This document shows positions 1-9,073 of a stretch of DNA of 24,000 nucleotides, piece after piece. Below the pieces are notes generated by a model, which worked only from the letters and a program-made list of their open reading frames with translations, ran no database searches and was not told where the DNA came from. Within the stretch, counting starts at the first letter, position 1; every line of letters starts with the position of its first letter. Source of the stretch: Lutispora thermophila DSM 19022 (GTDB lineage Bacteria > Bacillota > Clostridia > Lutisporales > Lutisporaceae); NCBI RefSeq assembly GCF_900142105.1, contig NZ_FQZS01000007.1, positions 68,248 to 92,247 on the forward strand, in the 5' to 3' direction. Position numbers and translations under genes: made by a program.

Positions 1-66
1 GGAGACAAATATAACGAAATGGCAGATGAACTGGCAAAGAAGGCATTGATGGAATCCAAAATTTAG
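1..66 (+). CDS. 3' end of an upstream ORF (partial). The tail GDKYNEMADELAKKALMESKI* resembles the C-terminal N-x-x-AD-x-LA motif of RNase H-like proteins.
   Basis: Open frame 1 from the window edge to TAG at 64-66. The motif resemblance is the only evidence. Confidence 0.35.
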   Translation, partial: GDKYNEMADELAKKALMESKI

Positions 67-125
67 CTGTATGATATACCATAAATCAATCTATAATTTT
101 ATTAACAGAAAAAGTAATATGATAC

Positions 126-154
126 TTGACAGGTTCATATGATTATGTTACTAT
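126..154 (+). promoter_or_regulatory. sigmaA-type promoter of the pyr operon
   Basis: TTGACA at 126-131, 17-nt spacer, TACTAT at 149-154. It lies about 210 nt upstream of the pyrC ATG. Confidence 0.5.
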
Positions 155-169
155 TATAAAAATCTTTAA

Positions 170-275
170 ATGCGGTACAGAGATGCCGACAAGATTAGAA
201 GTCAATATTGTAGGAATTGGTGTGCTTACATATTGGGCCATTCTATAGTCTTGCGGTATCCGCAAGACTTTTTGC
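170..275 (+). promoter_or_regulatory. pyr leader attenuator: PyrR-binding-loop-like element plus intrinsic terminator
   Basis: GGTACAGAGATGCC at 174-187 resembles the PyrR loop consensus ARUCCAGAGAGGYU as I recall it. A perfect hairpin AGTCTTGCGG-TAT-CCGCAAGACT at 247-269 is followed by TTTT (270-273), all inside the 5' leader of pyrC. Confidence 0.55.
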
Positions 276-364
276 TTGCCATTAGACTCTGAAATAATAC
301 TTCTCATCTTTGTTGCACTATGAAATGACACTTCTCTGCACCGCCCAGTAAGGAGAAATGGACT

Positions 365-1651
365 ATGAAATATGTGTTTAAGAATGTAAACATCTATCAG
401 GAAGGTGCATTCAAAAAAGGGACCATAGTCGTTGACAATGGTCGTATTGCCACTATTTCATTTATTGATATCGCTATCGAAGATAAGCCCGTTTTTGAAC
501 TTAATGATTGTTTCCTTTTTCCCGGTTTTGTTGATGTCCATGTGCATCTGCGTGAACCGGGTTTTTCATATAAAGAAACAATCAAAAACGGAACCTTGGC
601 CGCAGCGCACGGAGGCTTTACTTCTGTCTGTACCATGCCAAATGTCAATCCTGTTCCCGATAGCATTGAACATCTGAATATTCAGAAGGAAATAATAGAT
701 AGAGATGCTGTCATTAATGTCTATCCATACGGTGCCATAACAGTTAATGAAGGTGGAATAGTTTTGGCAGACATGGATGGATTATCAGACAAGGTAATAG
801 GTTTTTCAGATGACGGAAAAGGTATACAAGATGAAGAAATCATGCTTGCTGCTATGAAAAAGGCTAAAACTCTGGGCAAGATAATCGCTGCCCATTGCGA
901 GGACAACAGCCTGCTAAATGGCGGCTATATTCACCAGGGTGTCTATGCCAGCCTTTACAATCATAGAGGTATCCCCAGTGAAAGCGAATGGCGGCATATA
1001 GAAAGAGACCTCCGCTTGGCAGAGCAAACAGGCTGTGCCTATCATGTATGCCATGTTTCATGCAAAGAAAGCGTATCACTCATCCGTAATGCAAAGATGC
1101 GGGGTGTTGATGTTACATGTGAGACGGCTCCCCATTATTTGCTGCTTAATGACATGCAATTGAAAGATGATGGGCGTTTCAAAATGAATCCTCCTATTCG
1201 CAGCGAAGCAGACCGACAGGCCCTTATTGAAGGGATCTGTGACAACACCATAGATATGATTGCAACAGATCATGCACCACATTCGGTCCAGGAAAAATCA
1301 GGAGGTTTACGTGAGAGCCTCAATGGAATAACAGGTTTGGAAACTGCATTCCCTGTATTGTATACAGGTCTTGTATGCAAAGGAATCATTCCTTTGGAAA
1401 AGCTCATAGACCTTATGTACAGGAACCCTTCCAGACGATTTGGCATAGGATCTTCCATTGCAGTAGGTGAACCTGCATCCTTTACCATTTATGATTTAAA
1501 AGAAGAATACAAGATTGATTCAAAAGATTTTCTTTCTCTTGGCAAAAGTTCACCATTTGACGGTATATATTCTTTTGGCAAGTGCCTACTTACAATGTGC
1601 AATGGAGAAATCGTCTGGAAAGACAACAGTCTAAAGGAGGTTATCAAATGA
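365..1651 (+). CDS. pyrC: dihydroorotase
   Basis: 428 aa. Metal-ligand motifs DVHVHLREPG and TDHAPH. RBS AAGGAGA lies upstream of the ATG. First gene of the pyr operon. Confidence 0.95.
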   Translation: MKYVFKNVNIYQEGAFKKGTIVVDNGRIATISFIDIAIEDKPVFELNDCFLFPGFVDVHVHLREPGFSYKETIKNGTLAAAHGGFTSVCTMPNVNPVPDSIEHLNIQKEIIDRDAVINVYPYGAITVNEGGIVLADMDGLSDKVIGFSDDGKGIQDEEIMLAAMKKAKTLGKIIAAHCEDNSLLNGGYIHQGVYASLYNHRGIPSESEWRHIERDLRLAEQTGCAYHVCHVSCKESVSLIRNAKMRGVDVTCETAPHYLLLNDMQLKDDGRFKMNPPIRSEADRQALIEGICDNTIDMIATDHAPHSVQEKSGGLRESLNGITGLETAFPVLYTGLVCKGIIPLEKLIDLMYRNPSRRFGIGSSIAVGEPASFTIYDLKEEYKIDSKDFLSLGKSSPFDGIYSFGKCLLTMCNGEIVWKDNSLKEVIK

Positions 1652-2379
1652 AAAAAGAGCTGTTTGAAATTATAAGCAATGACATTGCTGCAGAAAACAT
1701 TTTCAAAATGGAACTTTCAGGGGATACCTCGGCAATTACTGCACCTGGCCAGTTTATAAATATAGAACTCCAAGGCTATTTCCTCCGCAGGCCTTTTTCC
1801 GTATGCGACTGGGAGGATTATAAGCTGACCATATATTATAAAGTGGTGGGAAAAGGAACAGCAGAAATGAGCTGCATGAAACCCTGTGAAAGTCTTGATG
1901 TGCTCATCGGTCTTGGCAATGGGTATAATCTGGCAGCCAGTGGAGACAGGCCATTGCTCATTGGCGGTGGAGCCGGCATTCCTCCCCTCTTTGGCTTGGC
2001 TAAGAGACTTATTGAAGAAAGGAAACAACCTGAGGTCATCCTCGGTTTCAATACATATATGGAAATGTTCCTTGTGGAAGAATTCCAGAACCTAGGAATC
2101 AAAACAACAATAACAACAGCAGACGGCAGTCATGGCACAAAAGGTTTTGTCACAGATGCTATGGCAGATAAAAATTATTCCTACATATATACCTGTGGTC
2201 CAGAGGCTATGCTAAAGGCTGTCTATGAGAAATCCATATCGTCCGGCGAGTTCAGCTTTGAAGAACGGATGGGTTGCGGCTTTGGTGCCTGTATGGGCTG
2301 CACTTGCAGAACAAAATACGGCAATAAGCGCATTTGCAAAGATGGTCCGGTGCTCAGAAAGGAGGAAATCATATGGTAG
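1648..2379 (+). CDS. pyrK: dihydroorotate dehydrogenase B electron-transfer (FAD/2Fe-2S) subunit
   Basis: Start trimmed to the ATG at 1648 (GGAGG RBS; ATGA overlap with the pyrC stop). C-terminal cluster motif CGFGACMGCTC...CKDGP. Confidence 0.9.
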   Translation: MKKELFEIISNDIAAENIFKMELSGDTSAITAPGQFINIELQGYFLRRPFSVCDWEDYKLTIYYKVVGKGTAEMSCMKPCESLDVLIGLGNGYNLAASGDRPLLIGGGAGIPPLFGLAKRLIEERKQPEVILGFNTYMEMFLVEEFQNLGIKTTITTADGSHGTKGFVTDAMADKNYSYIYTCGPEAMLKAVYEKSISSGEFSFEERMGCGFGACMGCTCRTKYGNKRICKDGPVLRKEEIIW

Positions 2380-3287
2380 ACACATCTGTGGAATTGAACG
2401 GAATCAAATTTCAGAATCCGGTAATCCCTGCCAGCGGAACCTTTGGTTATGGCTATGAATTTGCCCATTGGTATGACATCAATTGTTTAGGAGCCATATG
2501 CATTAAAGGAACCACCAAGGAACCTCGATTTGGAAATGACTGCCCCCGAATTGCAGAAGGGCCTTCAGGGATACTTAACGCTGTAGGACTTGAAAATCCA
2601 GGCATCCATAAAGTATTAGACGAGGAACTTCCAAAACTGCGACATATATATCATCAACCCATTATTGCAAATATCAGCGGTTTTAGTAAAGATGAGTATG
2701 TGTATTGCTGTGCTAAAGCTGATGAGTCCCCTTTGGTAGATATAATTGAAGTAAATATCAGTTGCCCCAATGTTCATAACGGTGGCATGAGTTTCGGCAC
2801 TTCACCGGAGTCTGCCGGAGAGATTACAAAAGCTGTGAAAACCATCGTACACAATAAACCCGTCTATATCAAACTTTCTCCCAACGCAATGGACATAGCA
2901 GCCATTGCAAAATCCTGTGAGGAAGCAGGTGCCGATGGTATCAGCCTCATCAATACTTTCCTTGCCATGCGCATTGATATAAAAAAGAAAAAACCAATAC
3001 TCGCCAATGTAACAGGGGGGCTTTCGGGTCCGGCAGTGTTTCCCATCGCCCTTCGCATGGTATGGCAGGTATATGAGGCAGTCCGAATACCCATAATTGG
3101 CATAGGAGGAATATCAACGGCAGATGATGTGATTGAAATGATGCTGGCCGGAGCAACTGCAGTACAGGTGGGTGCTGCAAATCTGAAAAATCCCTATGCC
3201 TGCAAAAAAATCATAGAAGATCTTCCCTCCGCAATGGAGCGGTATGGGATAAAAAGTCTTAAATCAATTATAGGAGGAGGACATTAA
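2373..3287 (+). CDS. pyrD: dihydroorotate dehydrogenase, class 1B catalytic subunit
   Basis: Start trimmed to the ATG at 2373 (AAGGAGG RBS; overlaps the pyrK stop at 2377-2379). Sequences NPVIPASGTFGYG, EVNISCPN and GIGGI are typical of PyrD. Confidence 0.93.
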   Translation: MVDTSVELNGIKFQNPVIPASGTFGYGYEFAHWYDINCLGAICIKGTTKEPRFGNDCPRIAEGPSGILNAVGLENPGIHKVLDEELPKLRHIYHQPIIANISGFSKDEYVYCCAKADESPLVDIIEVNISCPNVHNGGMSFGTSPESAGEITKAVKTIVHNKPVYIKLSPNAMDIAAIAKSCEEAGADGISLINTFLAMRIDIKKKKPILANVTGGLSGPAVFPIALRMVWQVYEAVRIPIIGIGGISTADDVIEMMLAGATAVQVGAANLKNPYACKKIIEDLPSAMERYGIKSLKSIIGGGH

Positions 3288-3288
3288 C

Positions 3289-3987
3289 ATGGGAAAAGAC
3301 GTGATTATTGCCTGCGATTTCAGCAGCACATCAGAAACCCTCAAGTTTCTTGAACAATTCGGATCGATTCGGCCTTATGTGAAAATTGGCATGGAACTAT
3401 ATTATGCCGAGGGACCGACTATCGTTAGGGAGTTGAAAGTACGCGGTCACAAAATATTCCTTGACTTGAAGCTTCATGATATTCCCAATACTGTAAAAAG
3501 AACCATGAGGATACTTTCCTCACTCAATGTTGATATGATAAACCTTCACGCCGCCGGAACAAGCTCCATGATGGAGGCTGCCATGGAAGGAGTGATTAAA
3601 TATGATGGTTCACGTCCATTGGTGATAGCTGTCACCCAGTTGACCAGCATCAGTGAAGAACAGTTGCATAATGAACTTCTTATCAATGAATCTCTCAAAA
3701 ATACTGTTCTTGCCTATGCTGCCAATGCCAAATCCGCCGGACTGGACGGTGTGGTATGCTCCCCCTTGGAATCTCAAATCATTCATGAGAAATGCGGCAA
3801 TAATTTTATCACCGTAACACCGGGCATTCGCTTCCCTGATGGTGACAAAAGCGATCAGGTGAGGGTTACTACACCTGCACAAGCAAAGGAGTTAGGCTCA
3901 GATTACATAGTGGTTGGAAGACCTATAACACAATCTGAAGATCCAGTGTCTGCATACCATAGATGTATAAAAGATTTTCTAGTATAG
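3289..3987 (+). CDS. pyrF: orotidine 5'-phosphate decarboxylase
   Basis: 232 aa with the FLDLKLHDIPNT active-site motif. The ATG lies 2 nt after the pyrD stop. Confidence 0.93.
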   Translation: MGKDVIIACDFSSTSETLKFLEQFGSIRPYVKIGMELYYAEGPTIVRELKVRGHKIFLDLKLHDIPNTVKRTMRILSSLNVDMINLHAAGTSSMMEAAMEGVIKYDGSRPLVIAVTQLTSISEEQLHNELLINESLKNTVLAYAANAKSAGLDGVVCSPLESQIIHEKCGNNFITVTPGIRFPDGDKSDQVRVTTPAQAKELGSDYIVVGRPITQSEDPVSAYHRCIKDFLV

Positions 3988-3999
3988 GAGGCGATGTAA

Positions 4000-4638
4000 A
4001 TGAAAGTAAAAATTGCAAAGGATCTGCTTAAAATTAAAGCTGTATTTCTCAGACCTAATGAACCTTTCATCTGGGCCAGTGGCATAAAAAGCCCTATATA
4101 CTGCGACAACCGTCTTACACTTTCTGATCCTGAAGTGCGAATGGATGTGGAAACAGGCCTTGCAAATATTATAAAAACCCATTATCCCGAAGCTGAAGTT
4201 CTTATGGGTACCAGTACGGCAGGCATTGCCCACGCAGCCATTACGGCACATCTTTTAAATCTTCCCATGGGCTATGTTCGTTCCAGTGCAAAAGATCACG
4301 GACGAAAGAATAAGATTGAAGGTAAACTGATACCCGGTCAGAAGGTTGTGGTCGTAGAAGACCTTATATCCACGGGAGGAAGTGCCATTGAGGTTGTAAA
4401 TGTGCTTAAGGAAGCAGGGGCTGAAATCCTTGGTATCGCAAGCATATTTACCTATGGCATGAAAGAAAGCATGGATAAACTTTCAAAAGCTAATGTAAAA
4501 AACATAAGCCTCACAGACTTTGACACCATTGTTGAGGTAGCAGCAAAGGAAAAATATATTGAGGAAGATGATATAAAGAGGCTTCTCTCATTCAGAGATA
4601 ATCCATCAGATGAAAGTTGGATAGGAGGTATAAAGTAA
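4000..4638 (+). CDS. pyrE: orotate phosphoribosyltransferase
   Basis: 212 aa with the PRPP-binding motif [13 protein letters not shown]. Confidence 0.93.
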   Translation: MKVKIAKDLLKIKAVFLRPNEPFIWASGIKSPIYCDNRLTLSDPEVRMDVETGLANIIKTHYPEAEVLMGTSTAGIAHAAITAHLLNLPMGYVRSSAKDHGRKNKIEGKLIPGQKVVVVEDLISTGGSAIEVVNVLKEAGAEILGIASIFTYGMKESMDKLSKANVKNISLTDFDTIVEVAAKEKYIEEDDIKRLLSFRDNPSDESWIGGIK

Positions 4639-5552
4639 TGAAACATCTTATAGACATTCTTGATCTTTCAAAAGAAGAAATTGACGAACTCATCTCCGTT
4701 GCTGAAGACATAATAGAAAACCCGGCAAAATATAGTGAAAAGTGCCGCGGAAAGAAACTGGCCACATTGTTTTATGAGCCATCTACCCGTACAAGACTTA
4801 GTTTTGAATCTGCCATGTATGAGCTAGGTGGCAATGTCATAGGCTTTTCTGAGGCCGGCAGCAGTTCCGCAGCTAAAGGCGAAAGCGTTGCAGACACAGC
4901 AAGGACGGTGGAATGCTTTGCAGACATAATAGCCATGAGACATCCCAAGGAAGGAGCTCCCCTGGTAGCTGCTCAAAGTGTTTCTATACCAGTCATCAAT
5001 GCAGGAGATGGCAGCCATAACCATCCTACACAGACCTTGACGGATCTCCTTACAATAAAGCGTGAAAAAGGAAGATTGGACCATCTTACAATTGGATGCT
5101 GTGGAGATCTTAAATTCGGACGTACAGTTCATTCTCTTATCTCTGCCATGTCAAGGTATGATAATGTAGAATTTGTGTTAATCTCTCCTGAAGAACTGAT
5201 GATTCCTGAGCATCTTCGCACTGATGTTCTTATAAAAAACAACATTCCATTTACAGAAACAACCTCATTGGAAGAAGCAATGCCAAAACTTGATATACTG
5301 TACATGACTCGAGTCCAGCGCGAGCGTTTCTTCAATGAAGCTGATTATGTCCGTCTCAAGGACAGCTATATACTTACTCCTGACAAACTTTCAAATGCAA
5401 AAAAAGATCTCTCCATCCTCCATCCACTGCCAAGGGTAAACGAAATTTCGGTGGAAATAGACTCTGATCCACGAGCTTGCTATTTCAAACAAGTTCTTTG
5501 TGGTAAATATATCCGCATGGCACTTATACTTAATCTTTTGGGGGTGAATTAA
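4638..5552 (+). CDS. pyrB: aspartate carbamoyltransferase catalytic subunit
   Basis: Start trimmed to the ATG at 4638 (GGAGG RBS; overlaps the pyrE TAA). Motifs STRTR, HPTQ and HPLPR. Confidence 0.95.
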   Translation: MKHLIDILDLSKEEIDELISVAEDIIENPAKYSEKCRGKKLATLFYEPSTRTRLSFESAMYELGGNVIGFSEAGSSSAAKGESVADTARTVECFADIIAMRHPKEGAPLVAAQSVSIPVINAGDGSHNHPTQTLTDLLTIKREKGRLDHLTIGCCGDLKFGRTVHSLISAMSRYDNVEFVLISPEELMIPEHLRTDVLIKNNIPFTETTSLEEAMPKLDILYMTRVQRERFFNEADYVRLKDSYILTPDKLSNAKKDLSILHPLPRVNEISVEIDSDPRACYFKQVLCGKYIRMALILNLLGVN

Positions 5553-5555
5553 ACA

Positions 5556-5987
5556 ATGATTATAGGAAGCATAGTAAACGGAGTTGTCATAGACCACATT
5601 CCTGCCGGCAGAGGCATGGAACTTTACCGCTATTTGAATCTGGAAGAGCTTCAATGTGAAGTAGCTCTCATAAAAAATGCCTTCAGTGAGAAGCATGGTA
5701 AAAAGGATATTCTGAAAGTCAATGAAGTCATCGACTTAAACTTTGATATACTTGGATATATTGCACCACAGATTACTGTCAATATCATTAAAGACGGTGT
5801 CAGGGTTCAAAAGATCCATCCTCAATTGCCAAACACCATTACAGGAGTAATAAAATGCAAAAACCCTCGCTGCATCGTATCCACAGAACAAGGGTTAAAG
5901 CACGTATTCAAGCTGACAGACAGAGAAAACAGAATTTATCGCTGCATATACTGCGATACAAAAGCAGAACCCCAAAGCTTTTTATAA
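5556..5987 (+). CDS. pyrI: aspartate carbamoyltransferase regulatory subunit
   Basis: 143 aa. C-terminal zinc motif CKNPRC...CIYC. Immediately follows pyrB. Confidence 0.9.
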   Translation: MIIGSIVNGVVIDHIPAGRGMELYRYLNLEELQCEVALIKNAFSEKHGKKDILKVNEVIDLNFDILGYIAPQITVNIIKDGVRVQKIHPQLPNTITGVIKCKNPRCIVSTEQGLKHVFKLTDRENRIYRCIYCDTKAEPQSFL

Positions 5988-6100
5988 ATCAAGAAACATT
6001 AATATAAAAATACATTTACAGCTCTAACCTCAAAGCAATGAATATCGGGGTTTAGTAACAAACAAGACAATCATCCAACCTGCTTGTGACCTGACACATC

Positions 6101-6160
6101 AAAAATGGACACTGGAGCGATACTCAAAACCAGTTATGGTATCGTTGTGTCCATTTTTTG
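6101..6160 (+). terminator. intrinsic terminator closing the pyr operon
   Basis: AAAAATGGACAC (6101-6112) pairs with GTGTCCATTTTT (6147-6158). There is an inner GCGATAC/GTATCG stem and a T-run at the 3' side. Confidence 0.75.
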
Positions 6161-6181
6161 TTAAGCTTAATGTTAAAATAA

Positions 6182-6872
6182 TCATCCAGTCTTTAGTTCA
6201 ATCAGTCTTATAATATACGTGCCAGCCAACAATATTAGACTCAAAGCTGAATAACCAATCAATATGCTCGTGCCCACATCTGTTCCAACATTGCATAGCC
6301 CCGTAAAATTTAAGATATAATTATTCTAGCTAATACCTGTATACCAAATGAATGAATAAATATATCATTTGAAACAAATTTGGACTTCTACTCCATGCGC
6401 TTAAAAATAAGGCCAAAGAAGGGATAAATATGCTCCCTGCCATTATCATAGTAATATCAATATGCTGCCTTAGCAATAGCCCTTTGCAAATCAATGGCAC
6501 ATTGGGCAAAAACACTATAAGGACTCCGCAAATATAATGCGTTAAAATCTACATCCTATTGAAATATGATGTACTCTGAATCACCTCTCTAGTACTATAA
6601 TAAATGTTCCTTGTGTTTATTTCTGATATGATGCTTAAAGGCATTATCCATAAAATTGATATTATGGGGCCCTTCACCGAATCAAATGACAAAAGCAAAT
6701 ATAATCCGATGACTGCTACATACATAAAAAGTATAAAAGCATTGATACTCCGCACCACAAGCCCCAGTTCTGCATATAATAAATCCCTTAGTCTGTATTT
6801 TAGATTTCCAGCAAAAATCCTGCTCAATACATAATTATCTTGTTGTGCCTTTGCCATATTGTTTTTTAACAT
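6182..6872 (-). pseudogene. decayed polytopic membrane protein: one in-frame TAG plus one frameshift
   Basis: ORFs 6549-6872 and 6330-6515 share a frame and are separated only by TAG at 6549-6551; the read-through is ...YFNRM*ILTHYICGVLIVFLPNVPL.... A further hydrophobic piece (GLCNVGTDVGTSILIGYSALSLILLAGTYIIRLIELKTG*, ending 6182) continues in another frame. Confidence 0.4.
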
Positions 6873-6937
6873 ATCACTTCTTACAACTTGCCCATTTCTC
6901 GTTTTTTATAAATTTAAGAAGGCTGCCGCCCAACTAA

Positions 6938-7528
6938 CTATTTATTAGTTGTGCAACAACCTCCACTTCTAAAATTCTTCACCTTTCCAATAATTATCAA
7001 AATACTTAATGCAAGTATCGATACAGATATGCAAAACGAAACCCAGCTCACTCTCAGCCCCATGGCCAGTAGCATAGCACATAATTCTACTGCAAGAATT
7101 TTTCTTGCTCGCTTTTTATATACTTCCTCTTCCATTTTATCCAAGGGCTTGTTGGCATCCTCCACAGGAGCAAGGGCATAGATGATTATTGCTGCAATCA
7201 TTGCTATACATACAATATTAAACCTTGTACAAGGAATAAGTTTTATTGCCAAAAGCACTGACATAGTTAATAATATGGAAAAAAAGTAACATTTTGATTG
7301 TGTCCTTGCATGATAACCTCCTGCAAATGACCTCAACGGAATGTATGCAATCATAAACAGAAGGCTTTGCCAAACCATATTGAACAAAAGGCCTATTGCT
7401 ATTGTTGTAAGGATATTCACAATTATTAATAATCCCTGTTTTAAACCATACTCATATAAGTCTCTGTCTTCAACTTTTATGGCTCCATTGGCAATGAGCC
7501 CATCCGCAATTTTATTAATCAAGTCCAT
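6938..7528 (-). CDS. agrB: AgrB-family accessory gene regulator protein B (AgrD-processing membrane peptidase)
   Basis: 196 aa, polytopic. The stretch IAYIPLRSFAGGYHARTQSKCYFFS carries the catalytic His and Cys of AgrB. Its ATG lies 6 nt after the agrD stop. Confidence 0.88.
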   Translation of the reverse strand: MDLINKIADGLIANGAIKVEDRDLYEYGLKQGLLIIVNILTTIAIGLLFNMVWQSLLFMIAYIPLRSFAGGYHARTQSKCYFFSILLTMSVLLAIKLIPCTRFNIVCIAMIAAIIIYALAPVEDANKPLDKMEEEVYKKRARKILAVELCAMLLAMGLRVSWVSFCISVSILALSILIIIGKVKNFRSGGCCTTNK

Positions 7529-7533
7529 ATCAA

Positions 7534-7677
7534 TCAGAATTTGCGCAAATTCTCTGCACCTTTAGGCAGTTTTGGTTGGTGAATTAAGCATATACATGTT
7601 GTATTTACGTTCATTGTTGTTATAAACAAGGCAAAACTGGCAATCAAACTACTCAACTTTATTAAAGCTTTTTTCAT
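7534..7677 (-). CDS. agrD: AgrD-like autoinducing-peptide precursor (47 aa, absent from the ORF track)
   Basis: Hand translation gives MKKALIKLSSLIASFALFITTMNVNTTCICLIHQPKLPKGAENLRKF*. GGGAGG sits 8 nt upstream of the ATG. It has an amphipathic N-terminus, a Cys-containing pentapeptide, then an HQPKxPK tail like clostridial AgrD (C. perfringens ...CLWFT-HQPEEPK..., from memory). Confidence 0.85.
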   Translation of the reverse strand: MKKALIKLSSLIASFALFITTMNVNTTCICLIHQPKLPKGAENLRKF

Positions 7678-7748
7678 TACCATTACCTCCCATAAATCTT
7701 TTCATTTAGTTTTATATTACATCAAAGATATCATTTAAGCGATTAGAT

Positions 7749-7786
7749 GGTAAAACTTATATATGTTTTTGGCAAAACTTACAGTT
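7749..7786 (-). promoter_or_regulatory. LytTR-type direct-repeat box A, upstream of agrD
   Basis: GGTAAAAC at 7749-7756 and GGCAAAAC at 7771-7778, period 22 bp. It shares a roughly 38-bp consensus with boxes B, C and D. A TAATAT -10 candidate lies downstream on the minus strand. Confidence 0.7.
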
Positions 7787-7792
7787 TTTTTC

Positions 7793-8296
7793 TTAAAAAG
7801 TATTAGCAAATCTTTGATTCTTGGGAAGAAGTTCATTAGCTAATTGTACTGCCTCATTCCAATCTTTAGATGGCGCAGAAATCATCCATCCATCAGCAGA
7901 ACTAAAACTATATACACCTGATTCATTGGGCTCAAATATTTTAATCATAATCTTTTCTAACTTATCTCCAAAATAAGCATGCAGAACTGTATCGCTATTC
8001 TTTAAGCCTGCCATTCTATCTTTATTTATTATCAATGTCATTTTAGTAAAGTCAAATCGTTGGTCTTCTACATCAATAGTGCCTTCAAATGCAATTCCCC
8101 CGTCTTTTGATGGCCTATATGTTCCATTAATTGATATGGTAATGGGTACCACATCTTCCCTATTTACCATCCTGAACTTAAGTCCGTATAAAGTAGTGTT
8201 TATTGATTTGGGAGACATATAATAATAATTACATGCAACATATATTAACAATATAATTACTATCAAAATACTGATTGACTTATCTGTAATTTCCAT
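7793..8296 (-). CDS. hypothetical N-terminally membrane-anchored or secreted protein
   Basis: 167 aa. GGGAGGAG RBS 10 nt upstream. One N-terminal hydrophobic helix (SISILIVIILLIYVA) followed by a soluble domain. No recognisable family. Confidence 0.7.
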   Translation of the reverse strand: MEITDKSISILIVIILLIYVACNYYYMSPKSINTTLYGLKFRMVNREDVVPITISINGTYRPSKDGGIAFEGTIDVEDQRFDFTKMTLIINKDRMAGLKNSDTVLHAYFGDKLEKIMIKIFEPNESGVYSFSSADGWMISAPSKDWNEAVQLANELLPKNQRFANTF

Positions 8297-8839
8297 TATT
8301 ATCTAGCTCCTCCCAAGTATTTCTTGGCCCAGTTCATAATATGAATTATACTTTTTAAATATATCATATCAATGTTACATTGATCATCATTTTGCTTAAC
8401 AGCATGAAAAGAGACTAAAATCTTTTATAGGTCTGCATACACATTGTTCCATATATAATCACTTCAAAACTCTTAAATCTGTGCTTTCTCTATTTATAAG
8501 CAAATTTTGTGTAAAATATCTCCTAACTAACATTATTTTTCGCTTCATTTTAAAATAAGAAAGGCTTACTATAAAAGTGTTTATATTTATCTAGGTAGCC
8601 TTTCTTGAAACCTATTACGGAAAGTACAAATTAAAAATTTATACATGTTTTTCCAATAACCTAACACTTTTTCAGAAAAATATATACAATGTACACATTA
8701 CAGCATCTTAAAAATCAATCAGTATATGTTGAAGCAAATGATAATTAAATTTAGTTTATCTTTATAAAATCCTCATGGAAAACAAGTATCACATATAAAA
8801 ATGTCTCTACCTTAAAAGATATCCTTTAAGGAATTGAAT

Positions 8840-8877
8840 AGCAAAACTTATATGTGTTTCTGGTAAAATTTAAAATT
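8840..8877 (-). promoter_or_regulatory. LytTR-type direct-repeat box B (no ORF immediately downstream)
   Basis: AGCAAAAC at 8840-8847 and GGTAAAAT at 8862-8869, period 22 bp. Its higher-coordinate flank matches the box C flank and its lower-coordinate flank (AAAGATATCNTTTAAG) matches the box A flank. Confidence 0.6.
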
Positions 8878-8943
8878 TTGAATTGATTAGCAGAAATGTC
8901 TTGTAAAATGAAAATTTCCGGTACCTGTTTGGTGAAGGGAGCT

Positions 8944-9027
8944 TTATTTGGCATATTGCTTAAAAAGCTTCTCATCATCAGATTTCAGTATCACAAAATT
9001 TTTCTCTTGAAGCTCCTCTGCTGTTTT
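8944..9027 (-). pseudogene. internally deleted relic of the ankyrin-repeat gene
   Basis: Translates KTAEELQEKNFVILKSDDEK|LFKQYAK*. This matches residues KTTDGLQEENSVILKSDDEK and the last residues IFKQYAK of the intact 153-aa gene, without the ankyrin repeats. A degenerate copy of that gene's terminator and spacer follows (8893-8945). Confidence 0.75.
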
Positions 9028-9073
9028 TTAAAAGGCAACTTTGTCACAAATTCTTCCGCAAACAAAATTTGCA

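Noticed and set aside
143-331. 62-aa minus-strand ORF in the pyr leader
   Set aside because: It has no RBS. It overlaps the promoter, the PyrR-like element and the attenuator hairpin of the plus-strand pyr leader. It is most likely spurious.
397-5696. Numerous 60-100-aa ORFs antisense to, or out of frame within, the pyr genes
   Set aside because: All are nested inside well-supported pyr coding sequences with clear family motifs. They are typical non-coding frames.
6873-6937. Search for a canonical agrD immediately downstream of agrB
   Set aside because: Only a 4-codon ORF (MGKL*) is present there. The AgrD-like peptide is upstream of agrB instead.
8455-8545. 29-aa minus-strand ORF MKRKIMLVRRYFTQNLLINRESTDLRVLK in the ORF-free stretch
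   Set aside because: It has no Shine-Dalgarno sequence, no similarity to the precursors or AgrD, and no Cys.
8775-8798. Plus-strand ATGGAAAACAAG..., identical to the first 12 nt of precursor A1, as a possible fourth precursor
   Set aside because: It lies on the opposite strand from all cluster genes, has no RBS, and hits a stop after 7 codons with no Cys-rich sequence downstream. It is probably coincidental.
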